A stretch of 63,028 nt of DNA, filler included, from Octopus bimaculoides (Eukaryota): assembly GCF_001194135.2 (NCBI RefSeq). It is 4 parts of 4 records of this genome, joined end to end, with 100 filler letters (N's around TTAATTAATTAA, not from the genome) between each part and the next. Parts side by side here need not be neighbours in the genome. Positions count along the whole stretch, not along the records: positions 1 to 31,006 come from NC_068987.1; positions 31,107 to 59,178 come from NC_068983.1; 2 more parts are not named here. One strand, given 5' to 3'. The translations under genes were made by a program, and so were the position numbers. Shown piece after piece: positions 25,730 to 35,607 of this stretch. A model generated the notes under the pieces. That model was not told where the DNA came from. It saw nothing but the letters and a program-made list of their open reading frames with translations, and made no database searches. Position 1 is the stretch's first letter; every line of letters starts with the position of its first letter.

Positions 25730-25914
25730 ATTATTATTGTTATATACTGTTATTATTATTATTATTATTATTATTACCCTTCAAGCTGACATGATGAGTA
25801 TGGGTAAGACAATGATGCAGGAGCTTCTTGGTGCATTCCCTGGCATTGATGAAGCAATGAGCTTTGCTGAAGTTATCAAGTAAGGGTTTTTCTCTTTTCA
25901 TTATTTCCTTTACT

Positions 25915-25958
<44 letters not shown>

Positions 25959-28900
25959 TTGCTTGACTTCTCTTCCCATTCCTCCTCCTCTCTCTTTCCA
26001 AGTATCTGACATTTTTCTTTTTAATGTGGACTTGTTTTTTTTTTAAAGATTTCTCCCTTTATTATCCAGGATATTTGAGTTAAATTTGACAGTTCACATT
26101 AAAAGGGAAAGAAAATTCAGTATCCCATCCAAAAATAAAAGTTTTTTTTTTTTTTCTAAATCAAGAAATATCAACTGGATTACAGCTGGGAAATAACAGT
26201 AATAAGATATCTTACTTTACTCACTTCTACTTTCACTTTGAAAACAATATGCTTGGCTTTTCTGCCATGTAGCTAAATTGCCAAATCATATCTCATCATT
26301 GTTTTGAACTCTGCCACCATCATTTAATGTTCGTGTTCCATGCAGGCATGAGTTGGATGGTTTGACAGGGATCTGATGGGTCTAAGGACTGCATTGTACT
26401 TCAGTATCTGTTTTGGCATAGTTTCTTTCTTCTGGATGCCCTTCCTAAAGCCAGTCATTTTACAGTGAGGACTTGGTGCTTTTTCCATGCCACCAGTACT
26501 AGTGAGGTTGCTATGCAGCTTACAAGACTGCACACTCCATGAGGGCAGCTTTATGCTTGAAGATTAGGGGTAAAAGTATGAGCGAAGGGGCTAGAGCAGA
26601 ACAGGCTTCCTGGTGTAGAGGAGCTACATGGCAACTCACATTTTAGAAGAGAGGGTGGGAGTGATCAGGTGGGGATGGAAAGTAAGTATCAGAGTGGACT
26701 TTCAAGGTTTAAGATGGGTAGAGATGAATGTGAAGAAGAATCAGGCATGTGGGCAGGTGGATGGAGGTTGCATGAGAGTATGAGGTGAATGGAAGATGGG
26801 GAATGGGTGAGGTGAAGGAAGGTAGGCAACCACTGTAAAAGTTGGGTGGGGTCGAAACTCATGTTGTGACTAGTGGATAATTAACAATGCAAGAGTTGGG
26901 GGGGGGGATATGGTGAAGTAGAAGATGATTTGTATGAATGTTTTAAATACTAGTCATATATTGGAGTCAATTCATTCAACTATGCTCTTTATGGATATAC
27001 CTTAGCCTTGTGTCAGTGTAAAAAAAAACAAAAAAAAATCAGTATGTACTCCACTTATTTCTTTTGTAATTTTTCTTTAGAGTTTGCTTCTCTTTCTTTG
27101 CAGGTTGGTTAAAGGAATGAACTTTTCCTGTGTTGTCTTTGATACAGCACCTACTGGACACACTTTGCGCCTTCTCTCTTTCCCTAGTGTAGTTGAGAAA
27201 GGACTTGGAAAACTACTACGAATTCGCAGTCATTTTAGCCCATTTTTTTCTCAGGTAAACTGAATTTTTCTCTGTGTGTATGCTTATATGGGTCAGAGAC
27301 AAATGAGCAATAGGGTCACTAGGGTAAAGTTGTCAAATAAAGTGTGTCTTGGACTGGAAAAGAATTGGGATTATCTTGGTTGAATGTCTTGCTGGTCTAA
27401 TTGAGTAGAGCTAAACTGGGTTCATTGTTTCTATTTCATGAAACAGGAGTGAAATAGAAACTACAATTATATATCTCTCAATGATTAAACTTCAGCTCCT
27501 CCCGTCATTTTGATTGTTAGTTGGCCAAACTAGTTGTCACCCAATTCTCAGTTGCCCATTTACAACCACATTGTGTGTGTATGTATGTGTGTGTGTGTGG
27601 AAACAGGAGGGCTGGCAACAGTAAGGGCATCTGGTCATAGGAAATCTGACTCAACAGATTTTACATGACTTGTGAAATAGTTATGTATGTGTGTACAATG
27701 GCTGCAACTCAGTTTTGAGTAATGTTATTGCTTGTTTGTTCTCTTAAACAAGAGCAGCATGGATATGATTTTTCAGTCCTGCTTGGAACTTAAACTCTTT
27801 TGAACAGATGTTTTAACAATGGGCACCTCTTGAAGTAGGTGTTATAAAATTGTCTTGGTGAAATTTTATAACACATATCAGTTGGCCTCTTCATGAATTC
27901 TTTTTCACACTCCCTTCAAGTAGAAATGCTATATAATGCATTGTTAGCAACTTACCTGTGTGTGTGGGGAGGGGGAGCTTCTCTGATTACATCTAAGAGC
28001 TACATTACTTAGATGACATACCCACACTTATTACATGTTGAATTGGTCTGTGTGCCCACATACTCAGGCAAATTCACATGAAGACTCTTACAAACATCTC
28101 TCTGAAACTGTTCATGCTCTATGGGATTTCAGCTATCATCTTATGAATAACTAGCCTAAAAGCCACACTCCATGCAGACTTTTAAGCTAGGTCCTCTGGC
28201 GAGCTAATTGGGCCTTCAGCCCAATATTAAGGAAAGCTAAATAGTATGACTATAATACATCTATAATGGCTATATGCCCTGGTGGTGTTTGATCAGAGGT
28301 TAAGGACTGATGAGAATTAATTCTGTATTGCACTCATTCTATTGTTCCACTTCTAAGTTGAATTCCATCTGTTGGCCAATTTGTTCCAAAGTTCTTATCT
28401 CAACATAAAATTTATGAAGTGAATGTCATTTGTCTCACCTTTGATCTCTGACGTCATCTGACAAACATCAAGCAAGATGGAGTGAATCAGCCAAGTTTTA
28501 CCTGCTAGAAATAGCAACCCAAATGCTTTTAAATCAGATCCCAATGCTGGATGTTCAAGAACCGAATGTAGGGCAGATTTTCAATCCTGGGATCATCCTG
28601 ATTCCAAAACGGTATAATATGCCTATGTAGAGCAAATGAAGATGGACAGAATTTCACTTTTATTATTGTATGTGAACAACGAAAGGAGATAATCTGTTAA
28701 AACTTTGTAAAACTATCAATAAATAGAACACAAATAAGGGAACAAAACCTGAAACCACATGGGGTTGCCAAAATTAAGTGTCAACCAAATACTGAGTTTG
28801 ATTAAGTTGATTGTGTTAATGTAAATGAGAAACTTACTATAAAACCCTAATATCATCATTACTAAGAAAGTTATTTCCTTTTTTCTCTCTCTCTCTCTCT

Positions 28901-29054
28901 CTCTAAATTTTGTGTTCTGCAATCCATATTGATCCACTTATTTCAGGTTGCAAGTCTGTTAGGTATGCAAGATTTGAATGCTGAAGAAATGACCAAGAGA
29001 TTAGATGATATGCTGGAGACTATACGGAATGTGAATATTCAGTTCAAGAATCCG
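8582..29054 (+). CDS. ASNA1: ATPase ASNA1 / GET3 (TRC40), 3'-incomplete, 6 exons
   Basis: join(8582-8694,22229-22376,24904-24958,25786-25879,27104-27254,28947-29054) = 669 nt in frame with GT-AG introns. Contains the deviant Walker [11 protein letters not shown], switch [17 protein letters not shown] and switch [14 protein letters not shown]. Confidence 0.97.
10843..12232 (+). mobile_element. Non-autonomous Helitron carrying a PIF1-like helicase C-terminal fragment
   Basis: 5' A|TCTATATATATAAAA followed by (GTCT)n; [19 protein letters not shown]...FSHGQLYV at 11832-11950; subterminal hairpin (A)CCGGGGCAACGCCGGGT then CTAG|T; internal N-gap 11205-11830. Confidence 0.8.
13283..13449. repeat. 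30-nt compound minisatellite TGTATG(TA)n(TG)n, about 5.5 copies
   Basis: Near-identical 30-nt period directly visible. Confidence 0.9.
13451..14335 (+). mobile_element. RTE-clade LINE, RT C-terminus plus partial 3' UTR
   Basis: VVDSFHYL...WAKFRE...[20 protein letters not shown]...LRWYGHV...GRPRKTW motifs with stops. Confidence 0.9.
14336..15386 (+). mobile_element. Second RTE copy (RT C-terminus plus full modular 3' UTR and GAT tail)
   Basis: MLHGSEIW...WYGHVL...[11 protein letters not shown], then repeated GGCACGTAAAA modules ending GACGATGATGAT. Confidence 0.9.
15387..15736 (+). mobile_element. Third tandem RTE 3' UTR copy
   Basis: Same modules and terminal motif, ending AAACGATGATGATGAT then (AT)n. 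Confidence 0.85.
16750..17425. other. Extremely AT-rich, A-skewed non-microsatellite block
   Basis: Composition differs visibly from the flanks; no ORF or period recognised; abuts an N-gap. Confidence 0.6.
17710..20250 (-). mobile_element. CR1/L2-like LINE, 5' half (ORF1 remnant, APE endonuclease, linker), truncated at the start of RT
   Basis: [50 protein letters not shown]...[10 protein letters not shown] motifs; ORF1 has a CCCH-like C..G..CRF..PK remnant; many stops and frameshifts. Confidence 0.85.
20256..22025 (+). mobile_element. Helitron derivative with helicase motifs I-III
   Basis: 5' A|TCTAATATATAAAATAGAGATGTGTG; [40 protein letters not shown] at 21500-22020; no 3' CTRR end found. 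Confidence 0.8.
22229..22376 (+). CDS. ASNA1: ASNA1 exon 2
   Basis: (S)[49 protein letters not shown]; tttcag| and |gtaagt. Confidence 0.97.
23330..23715 (+). mobile_element. RTE-tail-type repeat with two internal modules
   Basis: Two AAAAGCAC...GGAAGGGCATCCAGCTGTAAA units followed by a (GAT)n tail. Confidence 0.7.
23750..24250 (+). repeat. Diverged local direct repeat (about 23750-23912 and 24108-24250)
   Basis: TTGCATCGA.TAACCAGCT...CCTCCTGGGGTTAA...ATAGACATTGCTTCTCAGTA.AGTTA present twice. Confidence 0.8.
24262..24626 (+). mobile_element. tRNA-derived SINE
   Basis: Same family as 2813-3195. Confidence 0.75.
24904..24958 (+). CDS. ASNA1: ASNA1 exon 3
   Basis: [18 protein letters not shown]; tttcag| and |gtaaaa, phase 0 to 1. 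Confidence 0.95.
25460..25776 (+). mobile_element. Retroelement 3' end with (ATT)n(GTT)n(ATT)n tail
   Basis: CCCTTGTGGCCAATAAAG followed by a trinucleotide tail at 25631-25776; the same terminal motif occurs at about 31405 (+) and 43390 (-). Confidence 0.65.
25786..25879 (+). CDS. ASNA1: ASNA1 exon 4
   Basis: (A)[30 protein letters not shown](K); the phases require the acceptor ttcaag|; donor |gtaagg. Confidence 0.93.
27104..27254 (+). CDS. ASNA1: ASNA1 exon 5
   Basis: [50 protein letters not shown]; ttgcag| and |gtaaac. Confidence 0.97.
28947..29054 (+). CDS. ASNA1: ASNA1 exon 6
   Basis: [36 protein letters not shown]; tttcag| and |gtgagt. Confidence 0.95.
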
Positions 29055-29149
29055 GTGAGTTTGGTTTGCAACGTTATTTATTTTTGTTGTCATTGTCTTG
29101 TAGTATGTTTCTGTGTCTCTTCATCTTCTTAATTCAAATGCTGTTGAAA

Positions 29150-29800
29150 TAGACCTTACCATTCAATCATGCTGCTGGTTAGTCTCTCTGTTGGGTTTAC
29201 TAAGGGTAGACCCTCACTTTCACGTGCATTCTTCCCATTCAGCAGCCTCGAAACGCTGAACTTTTCATGCCTCTTTCTTTCCATTGCCAGTGAGTGCAAA
29301 AAGCACTACTATCATGCCGTATACGATTCTCCCTGAAAATATCTCAATTCTTTGTAGCACACTGTCTCACTGTGATATTTTTGTCCCTCTGACCTTCATG
29401 CCATAAACGTGCAAACTTCTTTCTTTCTGCCTCTCACCTTGCTAAGCATATTGTCTAACATCTGGCTTCTCTTCTATTTGTTTGATATTTTTCTTTGACA
29501 CCTTTTTTCCAGTCTGCTCAGACCTGTTTCTTGTTTTTTACAACCCTATGTACAATGCTCTTCTACACCAAATCACTTTCTGTGTAATTTGAGCTCTTGC
29601 TCCAATCACAGAACTTGTCTGTGGCTTTCAGCAGATTGTCCCATAGAAACTTCCAGTTTTTCTCTATATTATAAATCGCTTTGTGCTCTTCTCTCGCTTC
29701 AGATGTTTCAAGTAGTACTTCCCTCAACTTTTGAGTGTTCGGTGGCTCTTTTAGCTCCCACATCTCTTTCTCTCCAAGCTGACTTAAGCCTCTAGATCTA
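29150..29800 (-). mobile_element. Old RTE LINE fragment (EN-RT linker)
   Basis: WKFLWDNLLKATDKFCDWSK and DWKKG...KKKFA...RQC...RLLN remnants. Confidence 0.6.
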
Positions 29801-30264
29801 TCTAGCTTTAATTCTGAAATCAGTAATCATTAACCTCTGTTAATTGGTACATTCTTCTCGGGGATGAAAAGATTTATCATCCACAGCCATCTGTCTATCC
29901 ACTTTATCTGGTGAGAATGATACCTATCTTGCTTCTATGTTCACATGATTGTTAGGTAATTAGGTGGTTGACAGAAACCAATAACAACTGAAGAGGTGTA
30001 AAAAACATACATACGTACAGGGAACTGAATCTGAAGAGATGCAGTAGAGTGTAGAAGCAAAAGTTTCAAATTGGTATTACATTGAGCCATAGATACTGAT
30101 CTTAAATCTACCACAATCACTTTCATCAGTCTCAGGTCACCTAGTTTAATAGGCAAAAGCACCAAATTATTCAGAGACTGTCTTTACATAAGACTGGTAT
30201 TGTATCTCAACAGATTTACTCCTCACATTCTTAATGATATCTAACCAGAGCTAAGTATCTGCTC

Positions 30265-30490
30265 TTAACTCTTTAACATTTAAACCAGCAATATCTGGCC
30301 AAAATATTCTGCCTGGTTTATGTTCAAATCAGTTAGATCCCACCTCTCACAGCTACGCTACATTGTTATTCTAAAAATAAGCATTCACATTGTCAAAATC
30401 TTAGAGCAACAAAGCAATGCATGATTAATTCAAAACAATGTGAATAAATAAGTATTACATTTGACAGAAAAGTCTGAATGCTAAAGGATA
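30265..30490. mobile_element. Degenerate piggyBac-like MITE
   Basis: TTAACTCTTTAACATT ... AATGCTAAAGGATA imperfect terminal inverted repeats. Confidence 0.4.
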
Positions 30491-30667
30491 CATTGGAAAA
30501 TAGCTGGTAATCCTTGATAGTCATGTGACCACCACCAAAGAATTCATCTTGAAGTATGTCAAGGGCATACATTAATACATGTGTTAGTTTCTGAAAACAT
30601 CTCATGTGATTATTATTGACATGTGACAGCTAATTGCAAATTGTTCTTGAATGTCATATTGTGTAGT

Positions 30668-31006
30668 TTGGATAAGGTAATCGAGGTCGTTAGAGTAAGT
30701 GACAGAGTACTTAAGATTAGACTAGTGCTTCATCATAGATTAGCTACTGTCATCTCAGCCTATGCACCTCAACCGGAGCTACCAGATGGTCTGAAAGACC
30801 AATTCTATGACACCCTCTTGCAAACTACCTCGTCGACGAGTGACAGGGACCTTCTCTTTGTGGCTGGAGACTTCAATGGTCATGTCGGACGTCGTGCTGG
30901 AGGCTTCCATGGCATACATGGAGGCTATGGCTTCGGTTCCCGCAACGAGGAGGGAACCAGACTGATGGAGTTCTGTGATGCAACCGATCTTATGGTCTGC
31001 AATACC
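30668..31006 (+). mobile_element. RTE endonuclease domain, open frame running into the gap
   Basis: VISAYAPQ...AGDFNGHVG...GYGFGSRNEEGTRLMEFC with no stops. Confidence 0.9.
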
Positions 31007-31106
31007 NNNNNNNNNNNNNNNNNNNNNNNNNNNNNNNNNNNNNNNNNNNNTTAATTAATTAANNNNNNNNNNNNNNNNNNNNNNNNNNNNNNNNNNNNNN
31101 NNNNNN
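31007..31106. other. Unsized scaffold gap: 44 N + TTAATTAATTAA + 44 N
   Basis: Identical 100-nt structure at 59179-59278 and 60563-60662; the 12-mer is self-complementary and has stops in all six frames. Confidence 0.95.
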
Positions 31107-31149
31107 ACACCTGTAGAAAAAAAAAAGGTAATGTAAAAGGAGAAAGGGC

Positions 31150-31440
31150 TCTATACTCCTTTCTTATTTTTTCTGACCAGGCTCCTGTGGTTTTATGGGT
31201 TTTTCCACGTGTAACCTTTCCTTTTTCGAAGCGCCTCCCCCTTTGGGAGTTCTACTTATTTATTTATCTATTTATTTATCAATTTATTTATTATATCTTT
31301 CTCCGTTTTCTTCCTCTGTTTAGACGAACTTTCCTACCTTTTCGGACAAAACCTTTTGTAACCTTCGTCCTGTCTTTGTCCTTATATGTCTTTAATTGAT
31401 ATTAGCCCTTGTGGCCAATAAAACGAATTAATTATTATAA
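31150..31440 (+). mobile_element. Retroelement 3' end (CCCTTGTGGCCAATAAA family)
   Basis: Pyrimidine-rich UTR, shared terminal motif and short ATT tail. Confidence 0.55.
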
Positions 31441-31605
31441 CTATGTTATCCGTTGTCTTTACGTGAAACATTGATAAAGTTATATTCAGACATTAAGTAT
31501 GTTTTTATTACGCATTATCTTCTGTAGTACATAGGCAAATAGGAGTTTACCAAAATTCTTGTGGCGGTTGGGACTAAAAGTAAAAAAACAGAAACACCTT
31601 TAACT

Positions 31606-31995
31606 CTTTACTCTTATTCTTGTTTCAGTCATTTGACTGTGGCCATGCTGGAGCACAGCCTTTAGTCGAGCAAATCTTATTCTTTGTAAGCTTAGTACTT
31701 ATTCTATCGGTGTCTTTCGCCGAACCGCTAGATTAAGGGGATGTAAACACACTAACATCGGTTGTCAAGCGATGTTGGGGGACAAACACAGACACACAAA
31801 CATACACACACACATACTTATACACATATATATACATATATACGACGGGCTTCTTTCAGTATCCGTCTACCAAATCCACTCACAAAGCTTTGGTCAGCTA
31901 TAGTAGAAGACACTTGCCCAAGGTGCCACGCAGTGAGGCTGAACCCGGAACCATGCAGTTCGTAAGCAAGTTACTTACCACACAGCCACTCCTAC
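31606..31995 (-). mobile_element. tRNA-derived SINE
   Basis: Reverse complement of the 2813/24262 family. Confidence 0.8.
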
Positions 31996-33035
31996 GCCTA
32001 TATGTAACTATGTAAATAAAACTTTAGAGAAGCGTCGTAGTCGTCTGAACTGCTAGACAGAACAGCCAAATCTCTTTCAGACTACACTCTACCGTTTTAT
32101 GATAGGAAACATTGGATAACGTAGTCCGATGTAGACTATTCCAGAAAGAAAATGTCATAACAGGAATACGGTCTTTAATCAGAGGTTTATAGGTTTGAAA
32201 CAGCAGGAAAGAACATTAACGGATATACCAGGTTCAAATGGTGGGATACAAATTGCGCGGTAAATGTTTACCCTTGCACCTGCCTCCAAACTCTGGTCGG
32301 CGGACCTTCGGAATATCACTATCTCATGGAGAAGGACTTTCGGAATATCACTGCTTCATGGAGAAAGAAACGGACAAGGAATTGAATGGTTGCTTTCTTT
32401 TGTGAAATAACTTTTTGTCTCCAAAATTTCAGTTTTTTACATTTTTGCACCCATCTCCCCAATTCCGTGCCTTTTTTCATCTTAGGAAACGAGCATAATA
32501 GTAAAATTGTTCTACCAAACTTGCCAGAATTCTCATAACTTTAAAATCTTGGGTCGTGTTATAACCATTCTCATACTCCAAATGGAATTACAGCAGTGAA
32601 CAACATCGCAGGTCGAGCTGTTCTCCCGGGACTTATTTACATTTGTACATCAACGTTAACATAATAGATTGTATCAGGATGTATTAAGATCTAAACAACA
32701 ACAACCACAACAACGACGACAGGTCCCTGAGTGCCATCAGCAGACTTCTTTCTCTGTCAAACATTCAAATTAGACATTCGGTTTTTTACCCCGCACACAT
32801 TTTTACTTCGATTGTACGGACTGGTCATCGGTTGTGCCAATCTTAGCAGTTCGGGAGGCCCTGTAAGGACAGTGGGCACTGCATCTCCTGTTTTAACTAC
32901 TCTTTCCTTTCTCCGTCTCTCACACACGTATTCATTCGATCTTTTGTTTTGTTATTTTTTTAAACATATAAATAATCAACAAAATTTCTTAATTTTACCT
33001 GGCAGTATGTAAATAAACACTAGAGCCTGTCTTAC

Positions 33036-33116
33036 CCGTGATGTCTTTTTGTCTGTGTGACGACTAACTAGTACAGCACTATCGTATTTCACTAAAGATG
33101 CATTTGGTGGAATCAT
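33036..33116 (-). CDS. DNALI1: Axonemal dynein light intermediate chain 1 (p28), first coding exon
   Basis: ATG at 33116 gives MIPPNASLVKYDSAVLVSRHTDKKTSR (27 codons) then the donor |gtaaga. This matches my recall of the vertebrate N-terminus MIPPADSLLKYDTPVLVSRNTEKRSPK. An upstream X-box supports a ciliary gene. Too short for the ORF track. Confidence 0.88.
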
Positions 33117-33148
33117 GGTGTTTTGTTTTTACTTGAGGCAGTGCTTAG

Positions 33149-33173
33149 TTGTTTATTATGTTACCATAGCAAC
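33149..33173. promoter_or_regulatory. Adjacent forkhead site (TTGTTTAT, 33149-33156) and RFX X-box (GTTACCATAGCAAC, 33160-33173)
   Basis: Near-consensus X-box 44 nt upstream of the DNALI1 ATG; RFX plus FOXJ1 is the established motile-cilia regulatory pair. Confidence 0.75.
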
Positions 33174-33339
33174 TGAGCTAATTTTTGCGTAAGATCAAAA
33201 GTGAAAAAAATATTTAAAACTATCAGTTTAATATAAATAATTTTAATTTATTCTATCGAAATTACTTTGGCATAACGTTTTTGTATACAAATTCATATTT
33301 AATCTTTGTACAATCAACAAGGTTTTTACACGCTCAAAG

Positions 33340-33428
33340 TAATAGTATTTTCTGCGGGCCTATTAACATGGCGTAGCATTCCCTCGTGGTGTGAATAGAC
33401 TTATGTTTGTATTTACAGAATGAAACTG
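33340..33428 (+). promoter_or_regulatory. Candidate non-coding first exon of ELP1
   Basis: YY1/TISU-like AACATGGCG at 33365-33373 and donor CTG|gtaatt at 33429. An upstream exon is implied because ELP1 coding exon 1 has a strong acceptor 4 nt before its ATG. Alternative donor AAA|gtaagt at 33726. Confidence 0.45.
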
Positions 33429-34654
33429 GTAATTTATTTATAATTATTTACAGTTGCTTTAATTTTCATCACAGAGAAACATTTACATGGTTTTCTTTTA
33501 GTTGATATTTTTCTTCCTTATTTACGAATATATCTGTCATTCAATTAATTGCGAAACTGGACTCAGAATTGCGTAATTGTGTTTTTATAGATTTATTTTT
33601 TTAAAAACTCTACTTCATGTAATTCAAATTTATTTTGATAATATGAGGTATATTCACTTTTAAATCAAACTCGTTTCTCCGTGTATATATTTTAAATATA
33701 TATATTTAAGCTAAACAACGTTAAAGTAAGTATACAGCGTGCGAATTCGCGTTGTCACGCAATCGGAAATTAACTAAAGAGATACTTATTCAATTAAACA
33801 GGATGAGTCTGGTTATAACCGATCGATTAATTCTTCCACACACTTGATAGAAATGAATTCATTTTCATGTCATTGTGGCATTTTTTTTCTGTCTTAAATT
33901 AAGAAGCGGAATTCAAAGAAAACGCAACTCTTGTAACAAGTGCCCCCTTTTCCTTGATTCTAATGGTTTTGTTATTTTTTAAAGTCTCAATTTATTTATT
34001 TTGAACTTTTTTTTTTATTAAATCTAAAGGTGATCAGTTCTTTTGTTTAAACAATAATACAGATTGTTAAGTGAAACATTTTTATATTTCCGATATTTTT
34101 GTGACAATTGTTAACATAATCCCAGAGAATATATCTGTAATCTTAGCCATTTATTCTTGCTGCATTTTCACACTTTATCACTTCAACATCTCGATTACCT
34201 ACCCCAGTCGCACACATATTGATAAGAGAAAAAAGTATTTAGCATATACGGAATCATTGGAAAAAAACTTGCGAAAAATTACCAAAGCATTTTCCAAGAA
34301 CAATTTCATATCTAGAATCTTCAAATTCCTGTCTGGAATCCTGAAATCTTATCTTCAAGATAACTTTACTAAGGTTTTAGGTCATTCAATTGTAAAGTAA
34401 TTTTCTTTTTATATTTTCAAGATATGTTTAAAATATAATTCAAAGAATTTCTCAACGATTTTGAAATTTGAATAAAACCATTTTCATATGGCTTAGTTAC
34501 ACCAACACAGTCAAATTGGGCGATGTTTTGGAACAGCTGTTCTTTAAAATTCTCGTATCTCATTGGAAATATTTGAAAATAATATTTTCCCGAATTGTTA
34601 TCTGTGGTGTATGAAATAAGTGAATACGTGAAGAAAAAAAGAAGAGTTGGACCT

Positions 34655-34935
34655 CACAGAGGCAATGACCGACACCTTTGGCATTATGTCATGCTTGAGA
34701 AGAAGACCCATCAAACCAAGTAAAATTGCAGTCATGGCAGATACCTGTGTCATGCAAATGGCACGTGAAAGCACCCATTACACTCTCAGAGTGGTTAGCA
34801 TTAGGAAGGACATCCAGCCATAGAAAGCATTCCAGATCAAACTGGAGTCTGACGTAGCCTTCCAGCTTGCCAGCCCTGGTCAAACCATCCAACCCATACC
34901 AGCATGGATGATGGACATTAAATGATGAAGATGAT
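34655..34935 (+). mobile_element. RTE C-terminal end plus 3' UTR
   Basis: GACCTCACAGAGGCAATGACC...CTTGAGAAGAAGACCC then the shared terminal motif and GAT tail; similar to 46280-46560. Confidence 0.7.
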
Positions 34936-34959
34936 ATATATTGTAGCAAAATTCTTTTT

Positions 34960-35385
34960 TTGTTTACTGTGTGGTTAGAAGTTTGTTTCCCAACCACATG
35001 GTTTTAGGTTCAGTCCCACTGCACGGCACCTTGGGCGAATGTCTTCTACCTTAGCCTCATGCTGACCAAAGCTTTGTGAGTGGATTTGGGAGACAGAAAC
35101 TGGAAAATGCCTACCATATATATATATATATATATATTATACACATATCGATGTATGTATATCTTTGTGTTGGTGTTTGTCCCCCCACAACCAGTTGTCA
35201 AGTGATGTTGATGTGTTTACATCCCCATAAGTTAGTGGTTCAGCAAAAGAGACTAAAAGAATAAATATTACAATTTAAACAAAATTTTCTGGGGGTCAAT
35301 TCATTTGACTAAAATTCTTCATGGTGGTGCCCTAGCATGGCCAGAGTCTAATGACTGAAATAAGGAAAAGAAAAGATAAAGAATA
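34960..35385 (+). mobile_element. tRNA-derived SINE
   Basis: Same family as 2813-3195. Confidence 0.7.
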
Positions 35386-35451
35386 ACAAAATCTACCCTT
35401 TTTAGTTATTTAACATTTATTTCTTTGTTTTCTTTTTCATTTTGTAGTAAC

Positions 35452-35607
35452 ATGAAGAACCTTAAATTATTACACTGTTCCCAGACTGAGGAACTGAAGT
35501 CATTCTTAAAGGACACAGTTTGTATTACAACTGACTGTGACACAGGACATGTCTTCTGTGCAACAAAGCATGGGGATCTTGTACAAATAGATTCCAACCA
35601 GAACAAG
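35452..35607 (+). CDS. ELP1: ELP1 coding exon 1
   Basis: [19 protein letters not shown]...QIDSNQNK; acceptor ttgtag| at 35447, donor |gtaact. Confidence 0.93.

Noticed and set aside
25565-25789. Poly-Ile/Val/Leu/Tyr ORFs
   Set aside because: Translation of the (ATT)n(GTT)n microsatellite
30420-30460. Minus-strand YSHCFELI resembling DNALI1 YSQCFDELI
   Set aside because: The flanking residues do not match, there are no suitable splice sites, and it lies within a MITE-like repeat
32690-32860. Possible DNALI1 exon 2 after minus-strand acceptors (cttacag| and ttgacag|)
   Set aside because: The in-frame readings give GLPNC* or RKKSADGTQGPVVVV*, with no EILNxILPPR similarity
34071-34400. 109-aa ORF in ELP1 intron 1
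   Set aside because: Non-ATG start, AT-driven composition, no recognisable domain
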